Shown here: positions 29,576 through 39,659 of the stretch, piece after piece | Layout of the letters: every line of letters begins with the position of its first letter | How positions within the stretch are numbered: position 1 is the first letter of the stretch | Origin: Thermoproteota archaeon | GTDB taxonomy: Archaea > Korarchaeota > JAOZGF01 > JAOZFZ01 | Assembly (NCBI GenBank): GCA_027492035.1 | Contig: JAOZFT010000004.1 | Coordinates: 64,001-128,000, forward strand | Length of the DNA stretch: 64,000 nucleotides | Direction of reading: 5' to 3' | Position numbers and translations under genes: made by a program | Notes under the pieces: generated by a model | Databases searched by the model: none | Told to the model about the DNA's origin: nothing | What the model saw: only the letters and a program-made list of their open reading frames with translations

Positions 29576-29995
29576 TCAAGTCTTCTTCCCCTTTCCAAGT
29601 AATTTTTTATAAATATTGACTAATCCGGTATTTGCGGTTATTATCTCGGAAGCCCTCGAATCTAAAGCTGAAGCTAAATGCACCGCTTCTGCAGGAGTTA
29701 GTTTCTCTTGCATAACCAATTTAAGAGCCTTAAACAGTATTTCTTCATTTAACTCAATAAGTTTTAAATTCTTAAAGAAAAGAAACATTTTAGCCTTCTC
29801 TAAAGCTATATCTCTACCTATTTCTTCATTTAATTCACCAAAAAACTTTACCCAAGTTAAAACTGAAGTACAAGCCCTAATTTCTCCTTTAACGGTTTTT
29901 AGCAAATAATTCCTGTACTTCTCCGTCTTTTCATTTAGATAACCAAGTACAGGTTCCAAAAAAACTTCTGGGAAGAAATAAATCAACTCTCTCAA
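29576..29995 (-). CDS. PIN-domain (VapC-like) protein with degenerate active site
   Basis: PIN scaffold (TSVLTW, AVHLASAL, IIT) but acidic catalytic residues substituted; start overlaps upstream AbrB-like stop (TTGA). Confidence 0.75.
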   Translation of the reverse strand: MRELIYFFPEVFLEPVLGYLNEKTEKYRNYLLKTVKGEIRACTSVLTWVKFFGELNEEIGRDIALEKAKMFLFFKNLKLIELNEEILFKALKLVMQEKLTPAEAVHLASALDSRASEIITANTGLVNIYKKLLGKGKKT

Positions 29996-30192
29996 CCCTT
30001 TTTTCTTTTATGCAAAGGGGACGAACAAAAACTTTCAATGAATTTTTCAGGTGGAAGGAGAGGCTTCAAAACTATAGCATCCCCTTTCACTTCAAATGTT
30101 ACAACGCTTCCTTCTTTTAAACCGAAATGATCTCTTATGTCCTTAGGAATCACTATTTGACCTCTTGCACCTAACTTTCTGGTGAAGTAAAT
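29992..30192 (-). CDS. AbrB/MazE/SpoVT-family antitoxin-like protein (start uncertain, possibly ATT at 30192)
   Basis: Manual translation, not in track: YFTRKLGARGQIVIPKDIRDHFGLKEGSVVTFEVKGDAIVLKP; stop TGA 29994-29992. Confidence 0.8.
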   Translation of the reverse strand: MYFTRKLGARGQIVIPKDIRDHFGLKEGSVVTFEVKGDAIVLKPLLPPEKFIESFCSSPLHKRKKG

Positions 30193-30310
30193 TCCAAATC
30201 CCCTCCAAAAAACAAAATTTTTAACTTCCCTTACCTTCCTTTCTCCAAACTAAGGAACAAGAAATGAATTAAAAAGTTTTAGTTTTAAGTAATGTGAAGG
30301 AGGAAAAGGC

Positions 30311-31612
30311 ATGGTTTATTCACATATTCAAGATGTTCTTTTAGGCAAATTTAAAGAAGGAGAAACGGTGAACCTGAGAGGATGGGTTTACCTTACAAGA
30401 GACCTCGGTAACCTCTACTTCCTGGTTTTAAGAGATGCTACAGGTTTGCTTCAAACAGTTATAAGAAAAAGCAACACTGAACCTGAACTTTTAGAAAAAA
30501 TTAAACAAATTTCCCAAGAAACAGCAGTTTCTTTAAATGGCAAAATCAAGAAAGATGAAAGGGCACCTGGAGGATATGAAATAGAAATCAACAACTTAAA
30601 TATTTTAGGCCTTTCTAGAGATTACCCTCTCTCAAAAAAGTCACACGGAGTCGAGTTCTTACTCAACCACAGGCATTTATGGTTAAGAAGTCCTCGGCAA
30701 AGAGACATATTGAAAATTAGAGAGTCAGTTACCTGGTATGCGAGGGAATTTTTTAGGAGAGAAGGCTTCACAGAAGTACATCCACCTATGTTAACTCCTT
30801 CAATGGTGGAAGGAGGGGCAACCCTTTTCGAGCTAAAATACTTTGACAGAAATGCCTACTTAACCCAGAGTTCACAACTGTATTTGGAAGCTTTAATTTT
30901 CTCACTTGAAAAAGTTTGGTGTTTAGCACCTTCTTTTAGAGCTGAGAAATCAAGAACAAGGAGGCATTTGACCGAGTACTGGCATTTGGAAGCTGAAGAA
31001 GCTTTCTACAGCAACGAAGACAACATGAAACTTCAAGAAAAACTTGTAAGTTACATATGTAAGAAAGTAGCTGAGAAGAACAGAGAAGAACTTGAAACTT
31101 TCCAAGTTAGACCTGAGAGGCTGCTGAAAATTAAACCCCCCTTCAAAAGAATGAAGTATCAAGAGGCAATAGATAAGCTGCAAAGGAAGGGTTTTGACGT
31201 TAAATACGGAGATGATTTCGGAGCAGATGAGGAAGAAGCCCTCACAAAAGATATGGAGACCCCTTTATTCATAACTAACTACCCTTTAGAGATAAAGGCT
31301 TTCTACATGAAAGAAGACCCTAACAACCCAGGAACGGCACTTTGCGCTGATTTGCTTTTACCAGAAGGGTATGGAGAAGTTATTGGTGGAAGCGAACGTG
31401 AAACAAACTATGAAGTATTAGTTAAAAGGATAGAAGAAACTGGACAGCCTATAGAAAACTATAAATGGTACTTAGACCTAAGGAAATATGGTTCGGTGCA
31501 ACACTCCGGGTTTGGATTAGGACTTGAAAGATTGATAATGTGGCTGCTTAAGTTAAGCCATATAAGGGAAGCAGTTCCCTTCCCAAGAACCCCTAGCCGA
31601 ATCTACCCCTAA
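30311..31612 (+). CDS. asnS: Asparagine--tRNA ligase
   Basis: OB anticodon domain, HRHLWLRS, EGGATLF, FRAEKSRTRRHLTEYWHLEAE, HSGFGLGLER. Confidence 0.93.
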   Translation: MVYSHIQDVLLGKFKEGETVNLRGWVYLTRDLGNLYFLVLRDATGLLQTVIRKSNTEPELLEKIKQISQETAVSLNGKIKKDERAPGGYEIEINNLNILGLSRDYPLSKKSHGVEFLLNHRHLWLRSPRQRDILKIRESVTWYAREFFRREGFTEVHPPMLTPSMVEGGATLFELKYFDRNAYLTQSSQLYLEALIFSLEKVWCLAPSFRAEKSRTRRHLTEYWHLEAEEAFYSNEDNMKLQEKLVSYICKKVAEKNREELETFQVRPERLLKIKPPFKRMKYQEAIDKLQRKGFDVKYGDDFGADEEEALTKDMETPLFITNYPLEIKAFYMKEDPNNPGTALCADLLLPEGYGEVIGGSERETNYEVLVKRIEETGQPIENYKWYLDLRKYGSVQHSGFGLGLERLIMWLLKLSHIREAVPFPRTPSRIYP

Positions 31613-31677
31613 TAAGCCTTAAACAAGAAGTCAGGAAAGTTTAGAAGAGAAATTTGTAAAGGTGACAAAGTTATTTT

Positions 31678-32463
31678 TCAAATTGAAGCATCAGCTTTCT
31701 TTAAAGCTTTCTCCACTTCTTCCCTTATTATATAACCACCTACGTGGAGAATAGGTTCCTTGAGCTCAGGATCAACAGACATTGTAGCTGTACAAGGGTA
31801 ACTATGATGAGCCTTCGCTACAGCGTCATAAATGGTTTCTTTCTCAATTTTTACACCTATAAGTTTTTTTGCAACATACCATGTAGAGCCGCAAGGAGCG
31901 CTCCTTATCACAACAGTAGATGGAACTACATCATGCTTATTACCTTTTGTAACAGAGACTTCCAGTAGTGGCCTTCCTATCCCTAACTCATTTATGAACC
32001 TTGAAATTAAGGGTTTGTTGTTTTGAGGCTCCAATGAACAAAAGGGTTTCGGGAAGGCATACTCCAAACCTGTTTCCTGACATTCTCTTTCCAGCTGATT
32101 TTTTAAACCCGTAGGAACTTCAGTAAAATCTTCAATAGGTACAATTAATCCTTTTACACCATTTTCCTTTAAATAGTAAGGAAGCTCCAGCAACAGGTCT
32201 TTATGTAAACCAGAGGCTATACACAGATCAACCTCCGGAATTTTTTTAGGCATATACTCTTGAGGTTCATCAATAAAACCTGGTAATTCAGAGGGATTAG
32301 GCAACTGTAAAGCTGCTAAAATATTACGAGCGTAAGTATACACACCGTATTTGCAAGAGTCACAATATAGGCCGCAGGCCTTGCAAAAACTTGGATCATT
32401 CACTAAATTCCTTATTACACGTTCCATAAATTCTCCGCTGTAGATGAAGACTAATTTTAACAT
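31678..32463 (-). CDS. DUF166 / COG1810-like protein
   Basis: GLHKDL, PKPFCSL, RSAPCGSTWYVA, HHSYPCTATM. Confidence 0.75.
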   Translation of the reverse strand: MLKLVFIYSGEFMERVIRNLVNDPSFCKACGLYCDSCKYGVYTYARNILAALQLPNPSELPGFIDEPQEYMPKKIPEVDLCIASGLHKDLLLELPYYLKENGVKGLIVPIEDFTEVPTGLKNQLERECQETGLEYAFPKPFCSLEPQNNKPLISRFINELGIGRPLLEVSVTKGNKHDVVPSTVVIRSAPCGSTWYVAKKLIGVKIEKETIYDAVAKAHHSYPCTATMSVDPELKEPILHVGGYIIREEVEKALKKADASI

Positions 32464-32561
32464 TTCCTAATCCACTTACCAATAAAGAAATTAAAACTGG
32501 CTTTCCCTTTTCTAAAAAAATTAAATGTTTTAAATAAGGCCTTTAAACCGAATACTTTCAT

Positions 32562-32801
32562 TTAATCAATTAATTGCATCACACCCTTTGGACAAGCTTT
32601 TATACATTCCATACACCGTGTGCATTTACCGTAATCAATAACTGGTGGCTTAACCTCTTCTATAGCTGATTCAGAGCATGCATTTACACAATAGAAGCAC
32701 CCATGGCAATTTCCTATTGCTGCAACATACACTTCCTTGTTGTATTTGTACTTATCTATTTCACTCCTAACTAGTGAACCAAAAAATACTTGTTTTCCCA
32801 T
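32562..32801 (-). CDS. 2x[4Fe-4S] ferredoxin
   Basis: CHGCFYCVNAC and CTRCMECIKACP. Confidence 0.88.
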   Translation of the reverse strand: MGKQVFFGSLVRSEIDKYKYNKEVYVAAIGNCHGCFYCVNACSESAIEEVKPPVIDYGKCTRCMECIKACPKGVMQLID

Positions 32802-33038
32802 TTAAACTCGTTATAAATAAGTTATAATAACAGTTTATAAAATTTTCTTAGATAAATACGGAAAAATTTTATTAGGTTTTCAAAAGAAGACGAAAAAGAA
32901 AATTCAAAAAAGCAGATTTCTTACACTTCTTTTTAGAAAGGGTTCAATTATTACCTTTCTCAGTTTAAATTATTGAAGAATCTACCGAAGAAATTCTCAT
33001 ATCAGAACCCGAGGGACTGAAATGAACTTTCCCTATTT

Positions 33039-33599
33039 TTATGTTTCTTTTCCAACTGTAGAAACAGTAACAAAGTAGTCTTTCCCTACATGAAGAAGAG
33101 GCCTGAAAACTTTAAGGTTGTAAAGTCCTTCATTAGTTAAGTATTTTTCTTGGGCTTCAGCTAGAAGCACGTCAGCTAAGAAAAGGTCATGATCGCCTGC
33201 TTTAATAACTTCTCTAATCTTACATTCAATATAGGCGATACATTCCTTTATTCGGGGTGTTTCCACTTTTTCGCTTTTTTCAATCCTTAACCCTGCCTCC
33301 TTAAATTTGTCAACCTTTTCACCGGAAACACTTCCACAAAACAATGCCTGTTTCATTAAGTTGTATGAAGGAATGTTAACAACAAATTCTCTTGCCTCTT
33401 TGATTATTTTGTAAGAGAATCTAGTGGGTTTTATGCTTAATACTAGAATAGGGGGGTTCAAGCTAACAGGTGTTATCCATGCAACAGTTATAATATTTGT
33501 TTTGTTTGTTTCTTTATTTTTACATGTTATTAGTACTGTTAAACAGGGGTGAAGAAGGTAATTAAACTTATTTAATGGGATCTTAACCACACAATTCAC
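33039..33599 (-). CDS. Flavin reductase/flavoredoxin family protein
   Basis: NIITVAW, EFVVNIP, CGSVSG..VDKF, IEC, GDHDLF. Confidence 0.9.
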   Translation of the reverse strand: MNCVVKIPLNKFNYLLHPCLTVLITCKNKETNKTNIITVAWITPVSLNPPILVLSIKPTRFSYKIIKEAREFVVNIPSYNLMKQALFCGSVSGEKVDKFKEAGLRIEKSEKVETPRIKECIAYIECKIREVIKAGDHDLFLADVLLAEAQEKYLTNEGLYNLKVFRPLLHVGKDYFVTVSTVGKET

Positions 33600-33672
33600 C
33601 TCCGAAGTTTTTACTTGACAAGCTAGAAAATTTTGGCATCAGTAATAAGTTTCCTTTAATTTTTTAATTTAT

Positions 33673-34329
33673 TCAGCTTTCTTCAATTAATTTTTTACAT
33701 TTCTTAACAGCCTCAATCGCGTCTTTACCGTAGGAATCTGCACCTATTTCTTTGGCAAGGGTTTCAGATGTTGGTAACCCTCCAATTATGACCTTCACTT
33801 TGTTCCTTAAACCTGTTTTAATTAGTTCAGAAATAACTTCCCCCATTTCTTTAACTGTCACTGAAAGTAGAGCTGACAGTGCAAGTATTTTCGCTTTATT
33901 CTTTTTCACAGCCTCTACAAATTCTTCTTTAGGTACATCTACACCAAGATTTATAACATTGAAACCTGAGGCTTCAAGCATGGTTGCCACAAGGTTTTTA
34001 CCTATGTCATGAATATCCCCCCTTACGGTACCTATAACCACTGTATTTCTCACTACATTACTTCTTTTTTCAATGAGAGGCTTCATTTTTTCCATAGCCT
34101 CTTTAAACATTTCAGATGCTATTAACATGTCTGTTAGAAAGTATTCCCCCCTCTCAAACAGTTCACCGATTCTCTGCATCCCAGGTGTTAAGGCTTCAAA
34201 AATTATTTTTTGCACCATAACCCCCTTTTCTAAAGCTTCTTCAAGAAACTTAAAGAATTCTTTATGGTTCAATTCTATTAATTTCTCCTTTAATCCCTTA
34301 ATTAATTGGTTCTGCCCCATAACTCCCAA
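33673..34329 (-). CDS. Methyltransferase cognate corrinoid protein
   Basis: GTVRGDIHDIGKNLV, LGVDVP, SALL, IIGG. Confidence 0.93.
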   Translation of the reverse strand: MGVMGQNQLIKGLKEKLIELNHKEFFKFLEEALEKGVMVQKIIFEALTPGMQRIGELFERGEYFLTDMLIASEMFKEAMEKMKPLIEKRSNVVRNTVVIGTVRGDIHDIGKNLVATMLEASGFNVINLGVDVPKEEFVEAVKKNKAKILALSALLSVTVKEMGEVISELIKTGLRNKVKVIIGGLPTSETLAKEIGADSYGKDAIEAVKKCKKLIEES

Positions 34330-35351
34330 GCCCTTCTCAGCTTCAGTATTTTCTCAAAAACGTTTTCCTCCCTAAAAGTTCTACCAGGGTAAGGCCTGTG
34401 AGTATTTGAAAGAACTAATTTCTTTTTCCCATGCTTCTTTAGGAGTTTTTCAGGTATTGACAAGAAATGTTCAGGTGTTAAATCATCTCTAAAAAGCAAA
34501 TCAACCGGTAAACCCGTCATAAAAACTGTTTCCTTCACTTGCTGCCTGGCTTTCGCAACTAAGTCAACCCATTTTAGAGCATCACTTAAGGTTGATTTAA
34601 CGCTTAAGTCTAAGGGGTGAAGTGCATCGTAGAATTTGCTCAACTTAGTTATGAAGTTCTTTCTTGTAATGTCGCCGTCACTATGTAGAATACTTAGTTT
34701 CCCTTCCCTTTTTATTTCGGCTGTAAATTTTTTATGCCAAGGAAAATAAAGTTTCATAAAAAATTCAGGCCGGTAATTAGGTCCACTGTAACTGCATGCG
34801 TCGTCAGCAACCCTTACAGCATCCACCCACTCAATTTCTAAACCTACCTTAATAAGTTCCAGTATATATTTTGAAACCTTGCTATAAAGTTCACTTGCCT
34901 TCTGCGGATTTAGTTTCGTAAGAGAAGAGAAATCGAAACGATGGAAAGATAATTCAGTCTGGGTTGAGGGTTTAAATTGTTCCGGTGCACACATGTACTC
35001 ACACTGCTCCGTGGGGCCAAGAACCTCAAACACAACAAATTTTTCCTTTGCATAATTTGAAACCTGTTTCTTAAACTTCTCCACAGCTGAAGACACGACA
35101 TAACTTACTTCAGGCCATTCATACTTCTCTATTTCCATTTCATCAGCCCATTCAAAAATGCTTTGATTGTTTCTCCTACAAAATGGGCCTTTCTCTCTAA
35201 GGAAAACGGACCATTGGGGAATCCAAGCATAGCCCAGAACTAAATCACTGAATTCAGCTTCAAATTCTTTATCTAACGTTTCAAGATGCAAAGGCACTCT
35301 GCCAGTTTCTTCACCATTAAAAACTTTAATTACAAGGTCTCTGCTGTCCAT
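34302..35351 (-). CDS. Uroporphyrinogen decarboxylase-fold methyltransferase-like protein (MtaA/CmuA superfamily)
   Basis: Probable ATG 35351 (MDSRDLV..VF.GEETGRVP), VADD, LHSDG; adjacent to corrinoid protein gene. Confidence 0.75.
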   Translation of the reverse strand: MDSRDLVIKVFNGEETGRVPLHLETLDKEFEAEFSDLVLGYAWIPQWSVFLREKGPFCRRNNQSIFEWADEMEIEKYEWPEVSYVVSSAVEKFKKQVSNYAKEKFVVFEVLGPTEQCEYMCAPEQFKPSTQTELSFHRFDFSSLTKLNPQKASELYSKVSKYILELIKVGLEIEWVDAVRVADDACSYSGPNYRPEFFMKLYFPWHKKFTAEIKREGKLSILHSDGDITRKNFITKLSKFYDALHPLDLSVKSTLSDALKWVDLVAKARQQVKETVFMTGLPVDLLFRDDLTPEHFLSIPEKLLKKHGKKKLVLSNTHRPYPGRTFREENVFEKILKLRRAWELWGRTN

Positions 35352-35553
35352 TATTGCACCCAGCAATTTTCGGATACAGAAAATCTCTTCTAAAATAAAA
35401 CTTAAACAAAACTCTTTAAAATCCTTTATCAGTACAAAATATTTCCCATTTAAAAATGTAGTATTGGAAATGTGAAACTGAAAGTGTTGACTAAAACAAA
35501 TTAAAGGATATAGAGGAAAATGAAAAAAATTCCTACAGTGGGGGAGTGTCTGT

Positions 35554-36108
35554 ATGATTTGGGAGTATTTGTTAATTGGGTCAGCGTTTGGTGCATTCAT
35601 AGGTTACTTAGCTAACCGCATAGCCGTTTGGATGCTTTTCCATCCAATTAAACCCTTAAAAATAGGGCCCGTAGTAATGCAAGGTATTTTTCCAAAGAAG
35701 AAGAGGGAAATAGCTGAAAGAATTGCTTTAGTTATATCTGAGAAAGTTATGTCAGGGGAGGAAATAATAAAGTTGACAACAGAGGCTGTTGAAAAGGAAC
35801 TAAGTCAAAGAAAGTTGTTTTTTCCTTTTCCGTCATTCACAACCTTTAGAGAAGTAATAAACGCCATAGTTAAGGCCACAGTAACAAATTTTATGAAAAG
35901 CTTCCTCTTCCTTAAAGGGACAGAAGAAAACATTAACATTAAAGAATATATTCTGGAGAAATTTGATGAATTCAGCAATGAAGAATTCGAAAAAGTATTC
36001 AAAGAAGCAGTGGGTAAAGAGTTAAATTATATTTCAATAAATGACGCAATAATAGGGGGAGTTGTAGGGATCATAGAAGTCTCCCTCCTAACTATCCTTC
36101 ACATTTGA
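35554..36108 (+). CDS. DUF445/YheB-like membrane protein
   Basis: GAFIGYLANRIAVWMLFHP, QGIFPKKK, KELNYI...GGVVG. Confidence 0.8.
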   Translation: MIWEYLLIGSAFGAFIGYLANRIAVWMLFHPIKPLKIGPVVMQGIFPKKKREIAERIALVISEKVMSGEEIIKLTTEAVEKELSQRKLFFPFPSFTTFREVINAIVKATVTNFMKSFLFLKGTEENINIKEYILEKFDEFSNEEFEKVFKEAVGKELNYISINDAIIGGVVGIIEVSLLTILHI

Positions 36109-36353
36109 GCCAGACCTCCCAAAACTGAGAACTTCTAAACCTTTCAAAATTTTAACCCCTTACTTAATGTTTTTGGACATGCCCTGAAATAAGTGGGAAA
36201 ATAGAAAAAGGAGAAATAACTTTTTTGAAGCCTAAAAACAAACTGTGAAGCGGGATTACTGCATAGTTGAAATAAGGAACAGGAAAGTTGTAGACGTAAA
36301 GTTTGAGAACTTGTTCCCGAAAAAGAAGAGATGAAAAAGAGGGAATAGGGGTT

Positions 36354-37118
36354 ATGAGGATAGGGGAGTGGTTAAAAATTTACAGAAGAATAGCCGAAGA
36401 CTTCGGTTTTGATATGAAAAAAGACCAAGTAGCAAGTTATATTCTTTCATCCCTCTTAGATTCAGATCACTTGTTCGAACTCACTGCAAAAATTAGAAGG
36501 AAGCCGTGTTTAGTTTTCGGTGCAGGGCCTAGCCTGGCAAAAGATTTCAAAAAAGCATTGAGGCTAGGAGCTACCGAAAAAACAGTTACTGTTTGCGCAG
36601 ATGACGCTGTAACAGTTTTTAAGCAACATAAAACCAAATGTGACGTAATAACTACGGACCTAGATGGGGATTTACAAAATTTAAAGTGGATGTTTCAACA
36701 AGGGTCTTTGTTTGTTGTACATGGTCATGGCGATAACATTAAAAAGCTTAAGGAAATTGTGCCTTTACTGAAGAGCAGAGTTGTGGGTTCAACACAAGTT
36801 TTCGAGACGCCACGCGTCCATAACTTCGGTGGTTTCACAGATGGAGACAGGGCTGTCTTTTTATGTACAAGTTTAGGAGCTTCAAAAGTGGGTTTGTTGG
36901 GGATGGATTTTAGGGGAGAGATAGGGAGTTACTCTATCAAGGATTTAGATAAGGTTAAAGACCCTTCTTGGGAAGACAAAAAAAGGAAAAAGTTGAAATG
37001 GGCTGAAGAATTAATTTCTATTTTGGTTAAAAAAGAAAGGGTGCCAATTTATAACCTATCTAAAACATGTATTAAAGACGTGCCAAATCTAGGGCTTAGA
37101 AAGTTTTTAGGTGAGTAA
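36354..37118 (+). CDS. mptE: 6-hydroxymethyl-7,8-dihydropterin pyrophosphokinase MptE-like
   Basis: GAGPSL, TTDLDG, HGHGDN, NFGGFTDGDRAVF, GMDF, KKLKWA. Confidence 0.85.
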   Translation: MRIGEWLKIYRRIAEDFGFDMKKDQVASYILSSLLDSDHLFELTAKIRRKPCLVFGAGPSLAKDFKKALRLGATEKTVTVCADDAVTVFKQHKTKCDVITTDLDGDLQNLKWMFQQGSLFVVHGHGDNIKKLKEIVPLLKSRVVGSTQVFETPRVHNFGGFTDGDRAVFLCTSLGASKVGLLGMDFRGEIGSYSIKDLDKVKDPSWEDKKRKKLKWAEELISILVKKERVPIYNLSKTCIKDVPNLGLRKFLGE

Positions 37119-37146
37119 TGGCTTCAGTTGCGGAGGGGGGAGAAAC

Positions 37147-38295
37147 ATGACCACTTCAAGTTTGAGCAAGACAGAGTTTTTGAATGAAGTTGGTAAATTC
37201 GTTTCTGAGAGGATAGCTCCTTTAAGCAGGGAGATAGATGAGAGAAATGAGTTTCCGAAACTTCTTTATAAAGAAATGGGTGAAAAAGGCATTCTTGGAG
37301 TGACGGTTCCAAAAAAGTATGGGGGAAGAAATTACGGTTTCCCTATTTATTTAAAGGTGGTGGAAAGGGTTGCTAGGGAGTCTTCAGCCGTTGCAGCCTC
37401 AATAGCCACTCATGAAATGTTAACGTATATTTTGTTGAAACACGGAACAGAGAAGCAGAAAGAAAAATATTTAACCAGTTTAGTTAATGGGGAAATGGTT
37501 GGTGGTTTCGCTATGACTGAACCATGGGCAGGAAGCGACGTAAACAGTATATCAACTTCTGCAGAAATAAGGGAAGATACAATAATTATTGATGGTGTGA
37601 AGAAATTTATTTCAAACGGCACATTTGGAGACTTGTTTGGGGTTGTTGTGAAGACTGGTGAGTTGGGGAAGGGAAGGGCTGAACTTTCGTTTGTTTTGGT
37701 AGAGAAAAAGGATCCAGGGTTTAAAATGGAGGAGAAACTTGATTTATCAGGTAATAGGGGGTTAGGAGTAGCTAAACTTGTTTTTAACAACTGTGAAGTG
37801 GAGAGAGGTAAATTAGTTGGTGAAAAGGGGGAAGGTTTTAAGATAATTATGGATGCCTTGCTCCTTGGCAAGCTTTCCTATGCAGCTATAGCATTGGGTT
37901 TAATGGAGGAAGCTGTGAATCTTTGTCTTAGTTACACGAGAGAAAGAAAGCAATTTAATCAGCCTTTGTTTAATTTCCAAGCCGTGAATTTCACCATAGC
38001 TGAAATGGCGACAGAGTTTGAGGCATCTAAGGCTTTACTTGAGAAAGTTGCATCGAAGTGGGGGAGGGATGAAAACTTAAACTTCTATGCTTCAGTGGCT
38101 AAGTTATTCATAACAGGAAAGGCTTGTGAAACAGCGCTGAAAGCTGTTCAGTTACATGGTGGACGGGGTTACTTGAGAGGTGAAAAAGTTGAAAAACTGT
38201 ACCGTGACGCAAAAGGGTTAGAAATAGGTGAAGGAACTTCAGAAATTCAGAAAAGAATAATAGCTAGGGAACTTTCAAAAATGGGGATGGTTTAA
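37147..38295 (+). CDS. Acyl-CoA dehydrogenase
   Basis: FAMTEPWAGSD, KKFISNG, RKQFNQP, QLHGGRGY, YRDAK..EIGEGTSEIQ. Confidence 0.93.
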   Translation: MTTSSLSKTEFLNEVGKFVSERIAPLSREIDERNEFPKLLYKEMGEKGILGVTVPKKYGGRNYGFPIYLKVVERVARESSAVAASIATHEMLTYILLKHGTEKQKEKYLTSLVNGEMVGGFAMTEPWAGSDVNSISTSAEIREDTIIIDGVKKFISNGTFGDLFGVVVKTGELGKGRAELSFVLVEKKDPGFKMEEKLDLSGNRGLGVAKLVFNNCEVERGKLVGEKGEGFKIIMDALLLGKLSYAAIALGLMEEAVNLCLSYTRERKQFNQPLFNFQAVNFTIAEMATEFEASKALLEKVASKWGRDENLNFYASVAKLFITGKACETALKAVQLHGGRGYLRGEKVEKLYRDAKGLEIGEGTSEIQKRIIARELSKMGMV

Positions 38296-38568
38296 ATGAG
38301 TGAGAAAGAAAAAGAGGAAAAAGTTGGGGAGGAATTACCTGTTTCAGAAAAACTGAAAGTAATTAAAAGCGTTACCCTTTACAAAACAAAGAAGTGGTGG
38401 TCTGCAGCAGCATTAATTGATTCCTTTGGAAGAAAACAAGTCGCCCTTTACGTTTGGCTAAACAAGAACGGTAAATGGAAGAGGAACCAGAAATTCGTGG
38501 TTCATAGCAAGAAGGAATGGAACGATGTTCAAAGAACTGTTGAAAAATTAATTTCTGAAATTGAATGA
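38296..38568 (+). CDS. Small basic Trp-rich hypothetical protein
   Basis: 90-aa ORF abutting the acyl-CoA dehydrogenase stop; beta-strand-like segments then a C-terminal helix. Confidence 0.7.
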   Translation: MSEKEKEEKVGEELPVSEKLKVIKSVTLYKTKKWWSAAALIDSFGRKQVALYVWLNKNGKWKRNQKFVVHSKKEWNDVQRTVEKLISEIE

Positions 38569-38572
38569 CACT

Positions 38573-39643
38573 TTACACATTTTCCAAATTGAAAACTATT
38601 CCTTTTTTAAAAAATTGTTTGGTTTTAAGTAATTTGACAATTTCCTTTAAAATTTTTGTTACTTGGCCGACAAGTGATAACTCAGCTATTTTTAGGGCAG
38701 GGTTGTCTCTTTTTCCTGTAACTGCAAGTACGTGTTCAGGTTCAAACCAGTAAAGGTTTTCAAACGTCCCCATTACGCCCCAAAGAATTAAAAGTTTAGG
38801 TTTCAATTTTCTATCCACGTAGTTGAAAGCTTTTTCTTCAGAAGCGAACATATTCGAAGCTGCAAAGGAAGGTATTACTGAAGCACCTATTAATTCTCCG
38901 AATTCTTTAAGCAGCAGAAAATTCTCTTTCTCCCCAAGTTCAAGCCCGCCGCAGACAATTACTTCCTGTTCAGCGAATTTTCTTTCTTCTATACATTCTT
39001 TACCTACTATTTCCGTTTTTAAAACTCCTAAGTCTTTAATTTCTATCATTGATGATGAACCGTACCTGAATTCATCCTTGAAAGGCTCCGGTAAATTTTC
39101 AACTTTGACAGTAGCAATTTGCGGCTTAGTTTTAGGAGTTATAGCTTCAATTTTCTGTTTAGAATTGAAAATTGATTTAGTTTGTATGAGTAATCTGTTG
39201 ACAGTATCTAAGGACAAATCCTCTACTTCTGTTACAGCGCCGGTTTTTAAAGCCGCTGACAATTGCCCTGCTAAACTTACCCCTAAATCTGTGTGAGCAA
39301 AAAGTAGAACTTCTGGTTTCTTCTCTTTAACTATTTTTTCCAATGCCTTCTTATAAACTTCCAATGTTTCGTTTATTTCCCCCTTTAATTTTATTAAGTA
39401 AACAGTATCTGCTCCATAACTTATTAATTCCTTACTTCCCTGTGTTTCTTGTGAGAAACATATTGCTTCAACTTTTGTTCCGAGCATGTTAGCTAGTTCT
39501 CTTGCTTTACCAAGCACCTTGATTGATTTTTTTGAGAAAGTACCCCTCTCTTGCTCAATAAGAACCCAAATGTTTCGGTAGTCTCCTGATTTAATTTCTT
39601 TCTGCACAATACTTTCCAAATATTTTTCTTCAGCTGGAATCAT
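38573..39643 (-). CDS. etfA: Electron transfer flavoprotein alpha subunit (FixB/EtfA), divergent FAD domain
   Basis: IWVLIEQ, YGADTVY, KPEVLLF, PQIATV; C-terminal domain recognisable but motifs altered; probable ATG 39643. Confidence 0.85.
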   Translation of the reverse strand: MIPAEEKYLESIVQKEIKSGDYRNIWVLIEQERGTFSKKSIKVLGKARELANMLGTKVEAICFSQETQGSKELISYGADTVYLIKLKGEINETLEVYKKALEKIVKEKKPEVLLFAHTDLGVSLAGQLSAALKTGAVTEVEDLSLDTVNRLLIQTKSIFNSKQKIEAITPKTKPQIATVKVENLPEPFKDEFRYGSSSMIEIKDLGVLKTEIVGKECIEERKFAEQEVIVCGGLELGEKENFLLLKEFGELIGASVIPSFAASNMFASEEKAFNYVDRKLKPKLLILWGVMGTFENLYWFEPEHVLAVTGKRDNPALKIAELSLVGQVTKILKEIVKLLKTKQFFKKGIVFNLENV

Positions 39644-39659
39644 TTCCCAATCATCCCTT

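Noticed and set aside
35352-35600. 83-aa N-terminal extension of the URO-D-fold ORF in the track
   Set aside because: Low-complexity AT-rich translation overlapping the divergent gene; family similarity begins at ATG 35351.
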